Shown: piece after piece, positions 28,422 through 37,676 of the stretch
How positions within the stretch are numbered: the stretch's first letter is position 1
Layout of the letters: each line of letters opens with the position of its first letter
DNA from: Candidatus Hydrogenedentota bacterium
GTDB taxonomy: Bacteria; Hydrogenedentota; Hydrogenedentia; Hydrogenedentales; SLHB01
Direction of reading: 5' to 3'
Assembly: GCA_963674865.2 (NCBI GenBank)
Contig: CAXXYE010000004.1
Coordinates: 1 to 64,000 of the forward strand
Length of the DNA: 64,000 nt
Made by a program: the position numbers and the translations under genes
The notes under the pieces: model-generated
Told to the model about the DNA's origin: nothing
The model's input: only the letters and a program-made list of their open reading frames with translations
Databases searched by the model: none

Positions 28422-30461
28422 ATGAACACCGTTGCGATTGCAGCACTCTTCTGCGCCTTTTTGACAGGAGCGCCGTCGGTAACCGGACACGTCGTTGATT
28501 CGGCGGGCGCTTCCATTGCCGGCGCCCGTGTATTCCTCGAACCCGGGCTTGGAAGGGCCCTTTTTGAGACGCGCTCCGGGCCGGATGGGAGCTACTTGTT
28601 CGACCAGATTCCGCCGGGATTCGCCGGCGTCTTCGCCTACGCGGAAGGCCGCTCCTTCGGCGGGGCCAGCGTCGATGTTCCGGGCGAAGGCGCCGTATCG
28701 GATGTCGATATCCGGCTGGCCATGCCGGGAGCGGTGGAGGGGCGTGTTCTAGGGCGGAAAGAGCATCCCATCGAGGGGGCTCAGGTGACGCGCGTCCTTC
28801 TTGAGGTTGATCCGAAAGTGAGCATACCTCTAGCCACGCTTGCCGCAATGGGCTTTCCCGCGGTGAAGTCCGATGCGGAAGGCCACTTTGTCGTGCCGTT
28901 TCTGCCCAACGGAGCATCTGTAGCGTTGAAGGTCGGGCATGTGGAGTATGCGCAGAAAGCGGAGTCCGGCCTGGCGGTTGGCCGTACGGACGTCGTCGTG
29001 CGGCTGCAGCCCGGCGTGTTGGTTCGCGGTAGAGTGGTGTCGAAGGATGGAGACTTGCCCTTGGTTCAAGCGGCCGTGCTGGCCAAGAGCGCGTTGCCGC
29101 CTCATGATACCGCCGTTACGTACAGCGATCACATGGGCGCGTTCAGTCTCCGGCTCAATCCGGGTGTCTACGGGTGCCGGGCGACGGGCGGGGCCTACCA
29201 AAGCGCCGGCTGGCAGAGACTTGAGGTCTCCGGTGTTGAGCCGATGCAGCGTCTCACGCTCCGGGTGTCGGGCCTGGGACAGATTGAGGGAGAGGTTCGC
29301 GACGCCGCATCGGGCGGCCCTGTAAAGGGCGCACGACTCGAGCTGGTGGCCGCAGGCAGGCGTGCGGAAATCACGAACACGGACGAGGCAGGCGAGTACC
29401 GCTTTCAGACCACTGAAGGCGACAACGTCGTGAGGCTGCTCGAAGCGCCGGGTTTTCAGCCGCCCGTGCAGCCGATGATGCCGGTGCCGGTTGTGGAAGG
29501 AGAGACCGCGTCCTTGCGGCCCTTCTGGTTGGCGCCTATCCCCACATTTCGCTTGCAAGTTGTTGATGGCGAAGGGCAGGCCGTGTCCGACGCCGTGGTG
29601 AGCATCCTGCGGCCCCCAAGGTTCGGCTGGACTGTGGCCGACGACGAAGGCCGCGTGGAACTGGCATTCACACAGTTGCCGAAGGACGGGATCATTGTCG
29701 GCAAGGTGGAGCACGTTGGGCGGCCTCTGGGGGCGGTGTTCGCGCTCGGGCGCGATGACGCCGCCGGGGCCCAGGTAGAACTGATGCCGCTGGCCCAGGT
29801 GACGGGCGCGGTGGTCAACGAGCGCGGCAAGCCCGTCGAAGGGGCCGTGGTGGCCGGGGTGTTTGCGGACGAGACGCTCGCGGGGGAGGTCGTGCTATGG
29901 CGGACGCTCTCCCGCAAGGATGGAACGTTCGCCTGGGATGGCGTGGCGCCTCGGATTCCGTTCCAATGTGTTGTGGCGTCGGGAGGATCCATAGTGGTTG
30001 CTTCGGAGCGGCTTATGGCCGACGTGGGGGAGGCGAAGGCGCTCGCGCCTTTGTCGGCGGCGGATGCGCCGAAGGGTAAGAGCCTCTGCGGGAAGACGCT
30101 CAAATGGTATGAGAATCCGGTGCAGGTTGGGGAGATTCCCGACGAGGCGGCTCGGGCAAGTCGGCGATACGTGGTGGCCTACTGCGATGCCGCCGACGCG
30201 GCCATGGTGGTAGACGTTTTCAAAGTGGCCCAGAAACTCCTCGCCCCGCGGGGGATAGGTTTTGCTGTCGTGGTGGACGGGCCGTTCTCCGGGGAGGCCG
30301 GGCCTATTCCCGTGCTCAAGGGCAGTGCTCCTGCCGCGGCGACGACGTATATTACCTCGCCCGTCGGCACCGTCGTTCTTGAGACTTTCGGCATGCCTCC
30401 TTTGCGCGCCGTAAGCTCGGATGTGGAGGTGGCCTCCGAGTCGGGAAGCGGCGCGGAATAG
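28422..30461 (+). CDS. Secreted protein with multiple carboxypeptidase-regulatory-like (prealbumin-fold) domains
   Basis: Signal-like N-terminus; repeated G.V.D..G.P+.GA.V....TDxxGxY/F units; C-terminal degenerate thioredoxin-like segment. Confidence 0.7.
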   Translation: MNTVAIAALFCAFLTGAPSVTGHVVDSAGASIAGARVFLEPGLGRALFETRSGPDGSYLFDQIPPGFAGVFAYAEGRSFGGASVDVPGEGAVSDVDIRLAMPGAVEGRVLGRKEHPIEGAQVTRVLLEVDPKVSIPLATLAAMGFPAVKSDAEGHFVVPFLPNGASVALKVGHVEYAQKAESGLAVGRTDVVVRLQPGVLVRGRVVSKDGDLPLVQAAVLAKSALPPHDTAVTYSDHMGAFSLRLNPGVYGCRATGGAYQSAGWQRLEVSGVEPMQRLTLRVSGLGQIEGEVRDAASGGPVKGARLELVAAGRRAEITNTDEAGEYRFQTTEGDNVVRLLEAPGFQPPVQPMMPVPVVEGETASLRPFWLAPIPTFRLQVVDGEGQAVSDAVVSILRPPRFGWTVADDEGRVELAFTQLPKDGIIVGKVEHVGRPLGAVFALGRDDAAGAQVELMPLAQVTGAVVNERGKPVEGAVVAGVFADETLAGEVVLWRTLSRKDGTFAWDGVAPRIPFQCVVASGGSIVVASERLMADVGEAKALAPLSAADAPKGKSLCGKTLKWYENPVQVGEIPDEAARASRRYVVAYCDAADAAMVVDVFKVAQKLLAPRGIGFAVVVDGPFSGEAGPIPVLKGSAPAAATTYITSPVGTVVLETFGMPPLRAVSSDVEVASESGSGAE

Positions 30462-30474
30462 GGGGGAGCTGTTG

Positions 30475-32310
30475 ATGTCTTCGTTTGGAATCGCCTTGGC
30501 CCTTATGCTCGCCGCCGCGCCCTCGCCTATTGCCCTGTCCGGGGTGGTTGTGGATTCGGCGGGGCAGCCGGTTGCAGGTGCTAGCGTCTGGGTGGCCCAG
30601 CAAGACGACATCCGTTCGATCGATACGGATGACGAGGGCCGATTCGTTTTCGAGGGGCTACGCCCGGCGCCCGCAGGCTTGCTCGCAAGGCATGAAGGGC
30701 ATGCCTTGGCGAGTCTGCATGTGCCCGACACGTTGAAGTGGCGTACCGTGACGCTGCGGCTGGACGCCGCGGCTTCCGTGAGGGTGCTCGTCGTCGATAT
30801 GGCCGACCGGCCCGTGCCCGGAGCGCGGGTGACGCATCTTTTCCTTTCTGACAACTTCCACGTGCCTGTGGACGACCTTGCGGCCGAGGGCTTTCCCGCC
30901 ATCCGAGGCGATGATGCCGGGCATCTCACGATTCCGAACCTCGCCTCCGGCCACGCGGTTCGCTTCGTCGTGGCCCATCGTGATTACGCCGACACGATGG
31001 TTAGAGGCATCCACCCGGGCGATGGCGAGAGCACGGTTATCATGCGCCGGGGCGTCAGGCTCGTCGGCCGTGTTGTTGACACGACAGGAAAAGGGGTGTC
31101 CGGGGCGCGCGTGATCGCGCGAGGCGCTGGGAGTGCTGAAGATCAGACGGCCATGGAGGTCAAGACGGATAGTGAAGGATTCTACGCCGGGCGGCTAGTT
31201 GGCGGCGTCTATCGCCTCTACCTGAACCACCGCGACTATGCCGCGCCGAAGCCGCAGCTTGTCGGCCTACGTGAGGATATCGACCCTCCGATCATTGACT
31301 TCATCATATCTCGAGCGGGCGTTGTCGAGGGGAAGGTTGAGGCATCTGACGGGGAAGCCGCGAGTGGTGTGCTGGCCCTGTATCTGGTTGATGGCGTTGT
31401 ATATAGCGCGGCTGCTACTAACGAGGAGGGCGTGTTCCATCTCGACGTGCCGCCCGGCGAGGGCCTGGTTCGCATCGTTCCGCCCGAGAACATGATGTGC
31501 GAGTCGACGGAGGAACGCGTTGTGGCCGCCGAAGCGGAGGGCGTAACCGATGTCGGCACATTCCGGCTGGCCTCTCTGCCGGTGATCGAAGGCGCCGTCC
31601 TGGATCCGGCGGGCGCGCGATTGCCTAACATCCTCATCGTATCGGAGAATATCGCCCCGATGATGTGGACGCTCTCCGACGAGTCCGGTTGCTTCCAGCT
31701 CCAACTCCATCGGGCGCCCGTGGGCGGGGAGGTGCGATTCCGGCTAGAGCATGCCACGGAATTCCTTCGCGGCGAATGCGCTGTAGACCTCCGGCGACCC
31801 GAGAGGCCCGAGGTCGTGCTCAAGCCTTACGAGCCCGACCTTCTCACGCCCGTCGAGGAGACTCGCGCCGCGGGCTATTTCGACGAAGTAGGCCTGCCCG
31901 CACCCAAGGTCGTCTGCGATACGTGGTTCAACAGCGGCCCGATGGCCCTCGAAGAACTGCTCGGGAAGGTGGTCCTGCTGGTGTTTTGGTATGATCTCAA
32001 CGACGAGGCCACGGCTTGCCTACTGGACGAGGTGCGCGCGCTATACACGCTCCTCAAGACCACGTCCGACGTGCAAATCTTGGGGATATACGTCGGCCCC
32101 AAGGAGTCGGCGCTTGTCGAGCGGGATGTTGCCGCGGCCGGACTGGCGTTCCCCGTCGGATGCAACGCGCAATACGCGACGGTGGAAGGTTATGCGCTCG
32201 ATACGCTGCCTCTGCCGATTCTAATCGGTAAGGAGGGGCGACTGGAGTACGCTGGTGTGTCGGGGGATTTGCTGGGGGTGATCAAGGAGCTGCGTCGCGA
32301 GCCCAGATAG
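30475..32310 (+). CDS. Secreted carboxypeptidase-regulatory-like repeat protein with C-terminal TlpA/redoxin-like domain
   Basis: Same repeat units; C-terminal GLPAP...LEELLGKVVLLVFW...LAFPV...LP..ILIGKEGRL (TlpA-like fold) lacking CxxC. Confidence 0.72.
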   Translation: MSSFGIALALMLAAAPSPIALSGVVVDSAGQPVAGASVWVAQQDDIRSIDTDDEGRFVFEGLRPAPAGLLARHEGHALASLHVPDTLKWRTVTLRLDAAASVRVLVVDMADRPVPGARVTHLFLSDNFHVPVDDLAAEGFPAIRGDDAGHLTIPNLASGHAVRFVVAHRDYADTMVRGIHPGDGESTVIMRRGVRLVGRVVDTTGKGVSGARVIARGAGSAEDQTAMEVKTDSEGFYAGRLVGGVYRLYLNHRDYAAPKPQLVGLREDIDPPIIDFIISRAGVVEGKVEASDGEAASGVLALYLVDGVVYSAAATNEEGVFHLDVPPGEGLVRIVPPENMMCESTEERVVAAEAEGVTDVGTFRLASLPVIEGAVLDPAGARLPNILIVSENIAPMMWTLSDESGCFQLQLHRAPVGGEVRFRLEHATEFLRGECAVDLRRPERPEVVLKPYEPDLLTPVEETRAAGYFDEVGLPAPKVVCDTWFNSGPMALEELLGKVVLLVFWYDLNDEATACLLDEVRALYTLLKTTSDVQILGIYVGPKESALVERDVAAAGLAFPVGCNAQYATVEGYALDTLPLPILIGKEGRLEYAGVSGDLLGVIKELRREPR

Positions 32311-32315
32311 CGCGG

Positions 32316-32358
32316 AACAAACGAACACCGCGAAGCTCGTCGGAACTCCGCGGTGCTC
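32316..32358 (-). terminator. Rho-independent terminator of rpsT
   Basis: Minus strand GAGCACCGCGGAGTTC-cgac-GAGCTTCGCGGTGTTC forms a 16-bp stem with G:U pairs, followed by GTTTGTT. Confidence 0.7.
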
Positions 32359-32375
32359 GGGGGAAGAACGATCTA

Positions 32376-32636
32376 CTAGCCGGCTGTGCTCTTACGCTGC
32401 AAGGCCGACTTCTTTCGCGCCGCTGCGTTCTTGTGAATGACGCCTTTACCGGCGGCACGATCGATCTCCGATAAAGCGGCCGGAAGTGCCGCCTTAATCT
32501 TGTCGGCGTCCTTGGCGTCGAGAGCCTCTTGGGCCTGTTTGATGAACGTATTCATGCGGGACTTGGACGCCATGTTGCGCTGGCGCCGGAGTTCGTTGGT
32601 GATGACCCGCTTGCGCTGTGACTTGATATTCGGCAT
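32376..32636 (-). CDS. rpsT: 30S ribosomal protein S20
   Basis: MPNIKSQRKRVITNELRRQRN...IDRAAGKGVIHKNAAARKKS. Confidence 0.97.
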   Translation of the reverse strand: MPNIKSQRKRVITNELRRQRNMASKSRMNTFIKQAQEALDAKDADKIKAALPAALSEIDRAAGKGVIHKNAAARKKSALQRKSTAG

Positions 32637-32690
32637 GCTCGAAAACTATCTCCGTTTCAACCCGGTTTTCGGACCTTCAGTAAGGCGCGA

Positions 32691-32719
32691 ATCATACCAA
32701 ACGTTCGTGGCGTTGTCAA
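32691..32719 (-). promoter_or_regulatory. sigma70 promoter of rpsT
   Basis: Minus strand TTGACA - 17 bp - TATGAT, with a TG extension. Confidence 0.75.
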
Positions 32720-32734
32720 AAAGCGCCCGGCCTA

Positions 32735-33685
32735 TCACCAGTGCATGGGATTGAGCACTTTCTCATTGAGCACAGGTTCGAGCTCGTCTCTCAGTGCGTT
32801 GAGGATTTCCGCGGGCAGCGGCCCCTGCCGGATGAGGCGTGCGCTCTCCTCGACTTGTTCGGGGGATTCCGCGCCCACGACCAGAGGGGCGGCCAACATG
32901 GTGCAGAATCTCACCGCGAGTTCCTTCTGAGGGATACCGAAGCGGGCGGCCAGCGCGTGCCACCGCTCAGACGCTTCTCGTGCCGCGGGCAAGCGGGCCG
33001 CCACGGCCTCCGGCGGCATGGTGAGCAGTCCCTGAAGGTAGACGCTTCGGATGCAGCAGAGCTGTCCATGCTCCCGCGCACTATCGAGCACGCCCCGTCG
33101 CACCATGCGCCGATCCCAGGCGCTGGCGGCGACCTGGAGCACCTCCATGTCCGGGTGGGCGAGGCAGCGGGGCGCGTCCTCCGGGGCGATGAGCGATACA
33201 CCGAGATGTTCGACCCGGCCGTCCTTACGCGCCGCCAGCAGCACGCCGCCGAGTCCCTTGTCCCAATGATCGAGCCAGTCGGGCCGGTGCAGCATCATGC
33301 ACCAGAGGCGGCCGCAGCCCAGTCTGTCCAAGGTTCGCTCAATGGACGCGGCGATCTGTTCCGAATCGGTGGGATCTAGCGCGGGGGACAGCTTCGAGGT
33401 GACGCTGGCTTGGCCTGCAATGTCCAGTTCGCGCAGGCACCGGCCCAGGACGGCCTCGCTTTCGCCATACGCTTGGGCCGTGTCGAAGTGGCGGACGCCT
33501 TGACTCCACGCCGCCTCGACAATGGTTCTGGCCTGGGCCGGGTCGGGCCGGCCCTGCGTGTTGGCGACGCCGTAAGGCATCCCCAACTGCACCGTGCCGA
33601 GGATGAGCCGGGAGACTATCTCCTCGCGCCATGGGATATCACTTGCGTGCGCGCCTTCCGGCGGGTGTGCGGCGTGTTCCGTCAT
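32735..33685 (-). CDS. Aldo/keto reductase
   Basis: LGTVQLGMPYG, FDTAQAYGESE, SKL, MMLH, GVS, RSVYLQGLL. Confidence 0.87.
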   Translation of the reverse strand: MTEHAAHPPEGAHASDIPWREEIVSRLILGTVQLGMPYGVANTQGRPDPAQARTIVEAAWSQGVRHFDTAQAYGESEAVLGRCLRELDIAGQASVTSKLSPALDPTDSEQIAASIERTLDRLGCGRLWCMMLHRPDWLDHWDKGLGGVLLAARKDGRVEHLGVSLIAPEDAPRCLAHPDMEVLQVAASAWDRRMVRRGVLDSAREHGQLCCIRSVYLQGLLTMPPEAVAARLPAAREASERWHALAARFGIPQKELAVRFCTMLAAPLVVGAESPEQVEESARLIRQGPLPAEILNALRDELEPVLNEKVLNPMHW

Positions 33686-33707
33686 GAATACTTTGTCTCC
33701 TGGCGGG

Positions 33708-34559
33708 TCAGATGCACGTCCGATCGTCACTACGCGGATCCTTGATGAGCCGGCCGCTGTGGAGGGTGCCCTTCATGGCGCGTTCGCGGTACGGCCCGGC
33801 GGCATCGTAGAAGCGCTGCCCCGTATCCACCGTGTTCAGCATGACCCCGCTCCGGTGCAGTGGCAGCGATTGCTGTATGCGTCCGTCGGGTGTAATGAAG
33901 CAACTCGGCCAGCTCTGGTAGTGGGCCGACGAGTTGTTAGCGCTGATCCACAGGTAGTTTGAGGCGGCCCGGGCCTGGAGCGTGGGCGGCATGATCACGG
34001 AATGGATGTTCCGGCTGTCCTTTCGGGCGTTGTAGAAGGAGTGGAAGATGCATTGGACGCCGAGTTGCTTGTACTTGCGGTAGAGTTCCGGAAACCGCAC
34101 GTCGTAGCAGATGAGGAAGCCGCATTGGACGCCGCGAATCCGCACCGTGGGGAGGTGATTGCCCGGGGAATAGTGCTTCAGGTCGCCTCCCGTGCAGAAG
34201 CACTTGTCGTAGCGCTCCACCACCCGGCCTCTGGGGTCGATCACGTAGAGGCTGTTGTGGGGAAGGCGCTTACCGGAGAGGCGGTGGCTGCTCCCCAGGA
34301 TGATCCATAGCTTGTGCTCCCGCGCCAGGGCGCAGATCCCGGCCGTCTCATCGCGGAGGCGTTCCCAGTCGTATCCCTTCCAGGTTTCGACGTCCACGCC
34401 CGCGTAGCCGGAGAGGGCCGTCTCCGAGAAGTGGAGCACATCCGCGTCCATCTCCGCGGCCTTCACTACTTGCTCGCGAACGTACTTCGTGTTGCGGGTG
34501 ATGTCGCCGCTCACCGGGAACTGGGCCGTGGCGATCTGCAAAACGCTCTTATTGGCCAT
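33708..34559 (-). CDS. Carbon-nitrogen hydrolase (nitrilase superfamily)
   Basis: Catalytic Glu-Lys-Cys motifs: FSETALSGY, RYDKC, LICYDVRFPE. Confidence 0.88.
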   Translation of the reverse strand: MANKSVLQIATAQFPVSGDITRNTKYVREQVVKAAEMDADVLHFSETALSGYAGVDVETWKGYDWERLRDETAGICALAREHKLWIILGSSHRLSGKRLPHNSLYVIDPRGRVVERYDKCFCTGGDLKHYSPGNHLPTVRIRGVQCGFLICYDVRFPELYRKYKQLGVQCIFHSFYNARKDSRNIHSVIMPPTLQARAASNYLWISANNSSAHYQSWPSCFITPDGRIQQSLPLHRSGVMLNTVDTGQRFYDAAGPYRERAMKGTLHSGRLIKDPRSDDRTCI

Positions 34560-34585
34560 GCACTTCTTCCTGCCGGCGCTTTGGC

Positions 34586-35050
34586 TTATCGGCCCTGCAC
34601 CTGTTCTTGTGTGTCTTGCCCCGGCTGAGGCCTCCTGACGGTTAGGCGGCAGGTCCCTCGCTCGGGATCCATGATGTCGAAATCCACTTCGTAGCCGAAC
34701 GCCTCGATTAGGGGAGGATAGAGCCAGCGGCAATGCTCGCAGTACTTCGGGTAGGGTTCGATGTGCCGCGCCTCGCGCAGGAGCCGTACGCTCGGGCACT
34801 CGTGCATATCGAGGACGAACGTGTCATCGTACAGCGACAAATGGTGCCGGCCGCCCTCCTCGCCCAGGGTGCGCGTCCAGTACCGGTGCATGCCGGCCAG
34901 CCCGTCCTCGCGAATGCACTTCCGCAGCTCCGTCAGGAATTCTTCCGAAAGGCCCTGCCAGAACTCGACAACCTTCTCTTCTCCCCCCTTCTTCTCCAGA
35001 AAACGGAATAATTCGCTATATACCCAGATGAATTCGGTGCAGGAGATCAT
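34586..35050 (-). CDS. Conserved hypothetical protein, V4R/H-NOX-like fold suspected
   Basis: MISCTEF start, with ATGA overlap of the upstream stop; CPS...YCEHC...GTC motif. Confidence 0.65.
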   Translation of the reverse strand: MISCTEFIWVYSELFRFLEKKGGEEKVVEFWQGLSEEFLTELRKCIREDGLAGMHRYWTRTLGEEGGRHHLSLYDDTFVLDMHECPSVRLLREARHIEPYPKYCEHCRWLYPPLIEAFGYEVDFDIMDPERGTCRLTVRRPQPGQDTQEQVQGR

Positions 35051-35475
35051 GTCTTGGCCCTCCGAAAGCGCTGGACGCAACGCCCGGCCTCCTGATCGTA
35101 CTCTACCTCTGCGGTGAAGCCGGCCGCGGCGCACACGGCCTCGTTCACCATGCGCGTGTGCTCGCAGAAGTGTTCGGCCACGAGGAAGCCCTGTTCCTGA
35201 AGGTGGGTGACGGCCGGACACCGGTTCACACGCAGCTCCAAAGTGTCTCCCTCGGCGCGTACGTCGAAATCCCCTCCTTCCAACTGAAAGACGGTTTGCC
35301 AGTGGTCCTCGATGGCGGCTAGTCCGCGAGCGCGCACGTCCTCGACGAACGCGGTGTAGACTGTCTCCGTCAGCCCCGACAGGAATTCGCGCACGGCGTC
35401 GATGCCGTAATGCTCTTCCAGAAACTGGAGCCCAAAGCTCAACACGCCATGGAAGTCCTTGTGAACGTTTGACAT
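35047..35475 (-). CDS. Conserved hypothetical protein (HKDFH motif), V4R/H-NOX-like fold suspected
   Basis: GGAGGTG RBS before ATG 35475; HKDFH and CPA...FCEH...GRC motifs. Confidence 0.65.
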   Translation of the reverse strand: MSNVHKDFHGVLSFGLQFLEEHYGIDAVREFLSGLTETVYTAFVEDVRARGLAAIEDHWQTVFQLEGGDFDVRAEGDTLELRVNRCPAVTHLQEQGFLVAEHFCEHTRMVNEAVCAAAGFTAEVEYDQEAGRCVQRFRRAKT

Positions 35476-35485
35476 AGCCACCTCC

Positions 35486-36856
35486 CTATTCGGGCTCCTT
35501 GGTAGCCCGAAACAGCCCGAACGAGTGGATGGCCGGACAGGCCCGTGCTCTGACGATGGTAAGCCGCACCTTCCGCGCGGTGGTCTCAGGGAATCGGTTC
35601 AGACGCTTGTGGCCTATTGTGGTCCCCGCCGCGACCTGCCGCCATTCCGCTCCGTCCCACGCCTCGATCACATACTCCTCGACCCGTTGGCCGAGCGCGA
35701 CCTGCTCCTGCACCATGCTTCGGTTGAAGGTAGTCTCCTCGCTGAGGTCGATGGTTACCGAGGCGCTGGATACACCGTCATCCGTCGCCCAGTACGTAGC
35801 GGGATTCCCATCAACCAATCGACCCGCGCCGAAAGCGCCGTCGTCGCCGCGCACATTCGAGGCCTCCACGGCTTTGTCGAGGGCCAGATTCGTCTTGAAC
35901 GTGTCGGCGAGGATGGTGTGCAGCTCACGGAGCCGGGCGACATCGGCCTCGGGCAGGCGTCCGCGCCGGTCGGGGGACACATTCAACAAGAGCGTCGCCC
36001 CGTGGCCCACGGAGCGGTAGTAGATGTCGAGCAGCTTTTCGACAGTGTGGAGCGACGCTTCATCGTCCGTGTGGAAGAACCAGTGGCTCTTACGGATAGG
36101 GACATCGCACTCGGCGGGCCACCACACTTGTTTCTCGTTTTGTTCCTGCGCGTTCCAAAGCGTTTCGGGGGCTAGGCCGTCCTCGTTGCCGACCCAGCGT
36201 ATGTCTGGGCCGCATATAGCGATAAGGGCATTGGGCTGGGTTTCCCGGATGAGCGTGTAGTAGCCTTCCCAGTCGTATTGATGGCCCTCGGAGCCGGCCC
36301 CGTCGAACCAGACCTCCCCGACCTTGCCGTACCCCGTCAGGACTTCCCGCAACTGGCTCTTGAAGTGCTCATCGTAGGCGGCACTGTCGGCGTACTTGGG
36401 CTCATGGCGGTCCCAGGGGGAGAGATAGAATCCGAACATGACGCCTAGGTCGTGACAGGCGTCGGCCACTTCCTTGACGGCGTCCCCCTTGCCGCCGCGC
36501 CAAGGGCTTGACGCGACGCTGTATGCCGTGTGGGCGGTTGGATACAGGCAAAAGCCGTCGTGATGCTTCGCCGTCACGACGAGGTAGTGCATACCCACCT
36601 CTTTGGCCACCTGAACCCACTGGCGCGCGTCGAAATCGCTCGGGTCGAAGGTCCGTGGGTCCTTGGTGCCGTCCGTCCATTCCTCATTGTGAAACGTGTT
36701 GATGCCAAAATGGCAAAACATGCCGTATTCCATGTCCTGCCAGGCGAGTTGCTGCGGCGTGGGCAGCGGGGGGAGCGGCGTAGGCGGAGGGGTGCCGCTT
36801 CCTGCGGCGAAAGCCATGAGTGCGTAACCGGCAAGCATGAGAAACTCCTTTTTCAC
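35486..36856 (-). CDS. Alpha-L-fucosidase (GH29) with C-terminal F5/8 type C (CBM32-like) domain
   Basis: PTPQQLAWQ, MFCHFGINTF, TAKHHDGFCL, YLSPWDRH, EVWFDGA (nucleophile), RWVGNE, PAECDV, TTIGHKR; signal-like N-terminus. The start may be ATG 36838. Confidence 0.92.
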   Translation of the reverse strand: MKKEFLMLAGYALMAFAAGSGTPPPTPLPPLPTPQQLAWQDMEYGMFCHFGINTFHNEEWTDGTKDPRTFDPSDFDARQWVQVAKEVGMHYLVVTAKHHDGFCLYPTAHTAYSVASSPWRGGKGDAVKEVADACHDLGVMFGFYLSPWDRHEPKYADSAAYDEHFKSQLREVLTGYGKVGEVWFDGAGSEGHQYDWEGYYTLIRETQPNALIAICGPDIRWVGNEDGLAPETLWNAQEQNEKQVWWPAECDVPIRKSHWFFHTDDEASLHTVEKLLDIYYRSVGHGATLLLNVSPDRRGRLPEADVARLRELHTILADTFKTNLALDKAVEASNVRGDDGAFGAGRLVDGNPATYWATDDGVSSASVTIDLSEETTFNRSMVQEQVALGQRVEEYVIEAWDGAEWRQVAAGTTIGHKRLNRFPETTARKVRLTIVRARACPAIHSFGLFRATKEPE

Positions 36857-37647
36857 CAGGCGGTTAGCCCGCCGTCAACCATGAGATTGATGCCCGTGAT
36901 GTACCTTGAGGCGTCCGAGGCCAGGAACACCACCGGCCCCGCGATATCGGCATCGGTGGCCATTCTACCAAGGGGGATGCGTTGGTTGTAGCGTTCTACG
37001 AAGGACTCCGACTGGCCGGAGAAGTATCCCCCCGGGCTGATGCAGTTCACCCGGATGCCTTGGGCGGCGAAGTAGGCGGCGCAATAGCGCGTGTATTGGA
37101 TCAGGCCGCCCTTGTGAAACGCGTAGGCGGGCGGCGAGGAGAAAGGCAGTCCCTCGTAAGTCCGGAAGTCCGGCGCGACGCAGCCGTAAATGGAGCCGAT
37201 ATTGATGAGCGAGCCGCCGCCGCGTTCGCTCATGCCGTGGCCGAAGACGCTGGTGCAGAGATGCACCCCCGTGATGTTGACGCGCGCCGCTTCCGCCCAT
37301 TGCTCGGGCGTGGCTTCGTCGAAATGCGTGGGGGAGCGATACACGGCGTTGTTCACCAGAATATCCACGCCGCCACGGCGCGAAGCGATCCGCCCATGCA
37401 CTTCGCGGATGGACGCTTCGTCGCCCATATCAAATGCCTCGGCCTCGCACAAAAGGCCCTCATCACGGAATTCCGCGGCCCGCTCTTCGCAGCGCTCCCG
37501 GCTTCGCGACGCGATGATCACCGTGGCCCCGGCCTGGGCAAGCGCGCGCGAGATGGGTGTGCCGTAGAGGCCCGCTCCGCCCGAGACAAAGGCCACCTTG
37601 CCATCCAGGCGGAGCATCTGGTTTACATTGAAATCTTCGTCAGGCAT
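36853..37647 (-). CDS. SDR family oxidoreductase
   Basis: SGGAGLYG, DILVNNA, NIGSIYG, YxxxK (YAFHK), RVNCISPGG, VDGG. Confidence 0.9.
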   Translation of the reverse strand: MPDEDFNVNQMLRLDGKVAFVSGGAGLYGTPISRALAQAGATVIIASRSRERCEERAAEFRDEGLLCEAEAFDMGDEASIREVHGRIASRRGGVDILVNNAVYRSPTHFDEATPEQWAEAARVNITGVHLCTSVFGHGMSERGGGSLINIGSIYGCVAPDFRTYEGLPFSSPPAYAFHKGGLIQYTRYCAAYFAAQGIRVNCISPGGYFSGQSESFVERYNQRIPLGRMATDADIAGPVVFLASDASRYITGINLMVDGGLTAW

Positions 37648-37676
37648 AGCTGCTCCTTTACGTGATGCCGCGCTTT

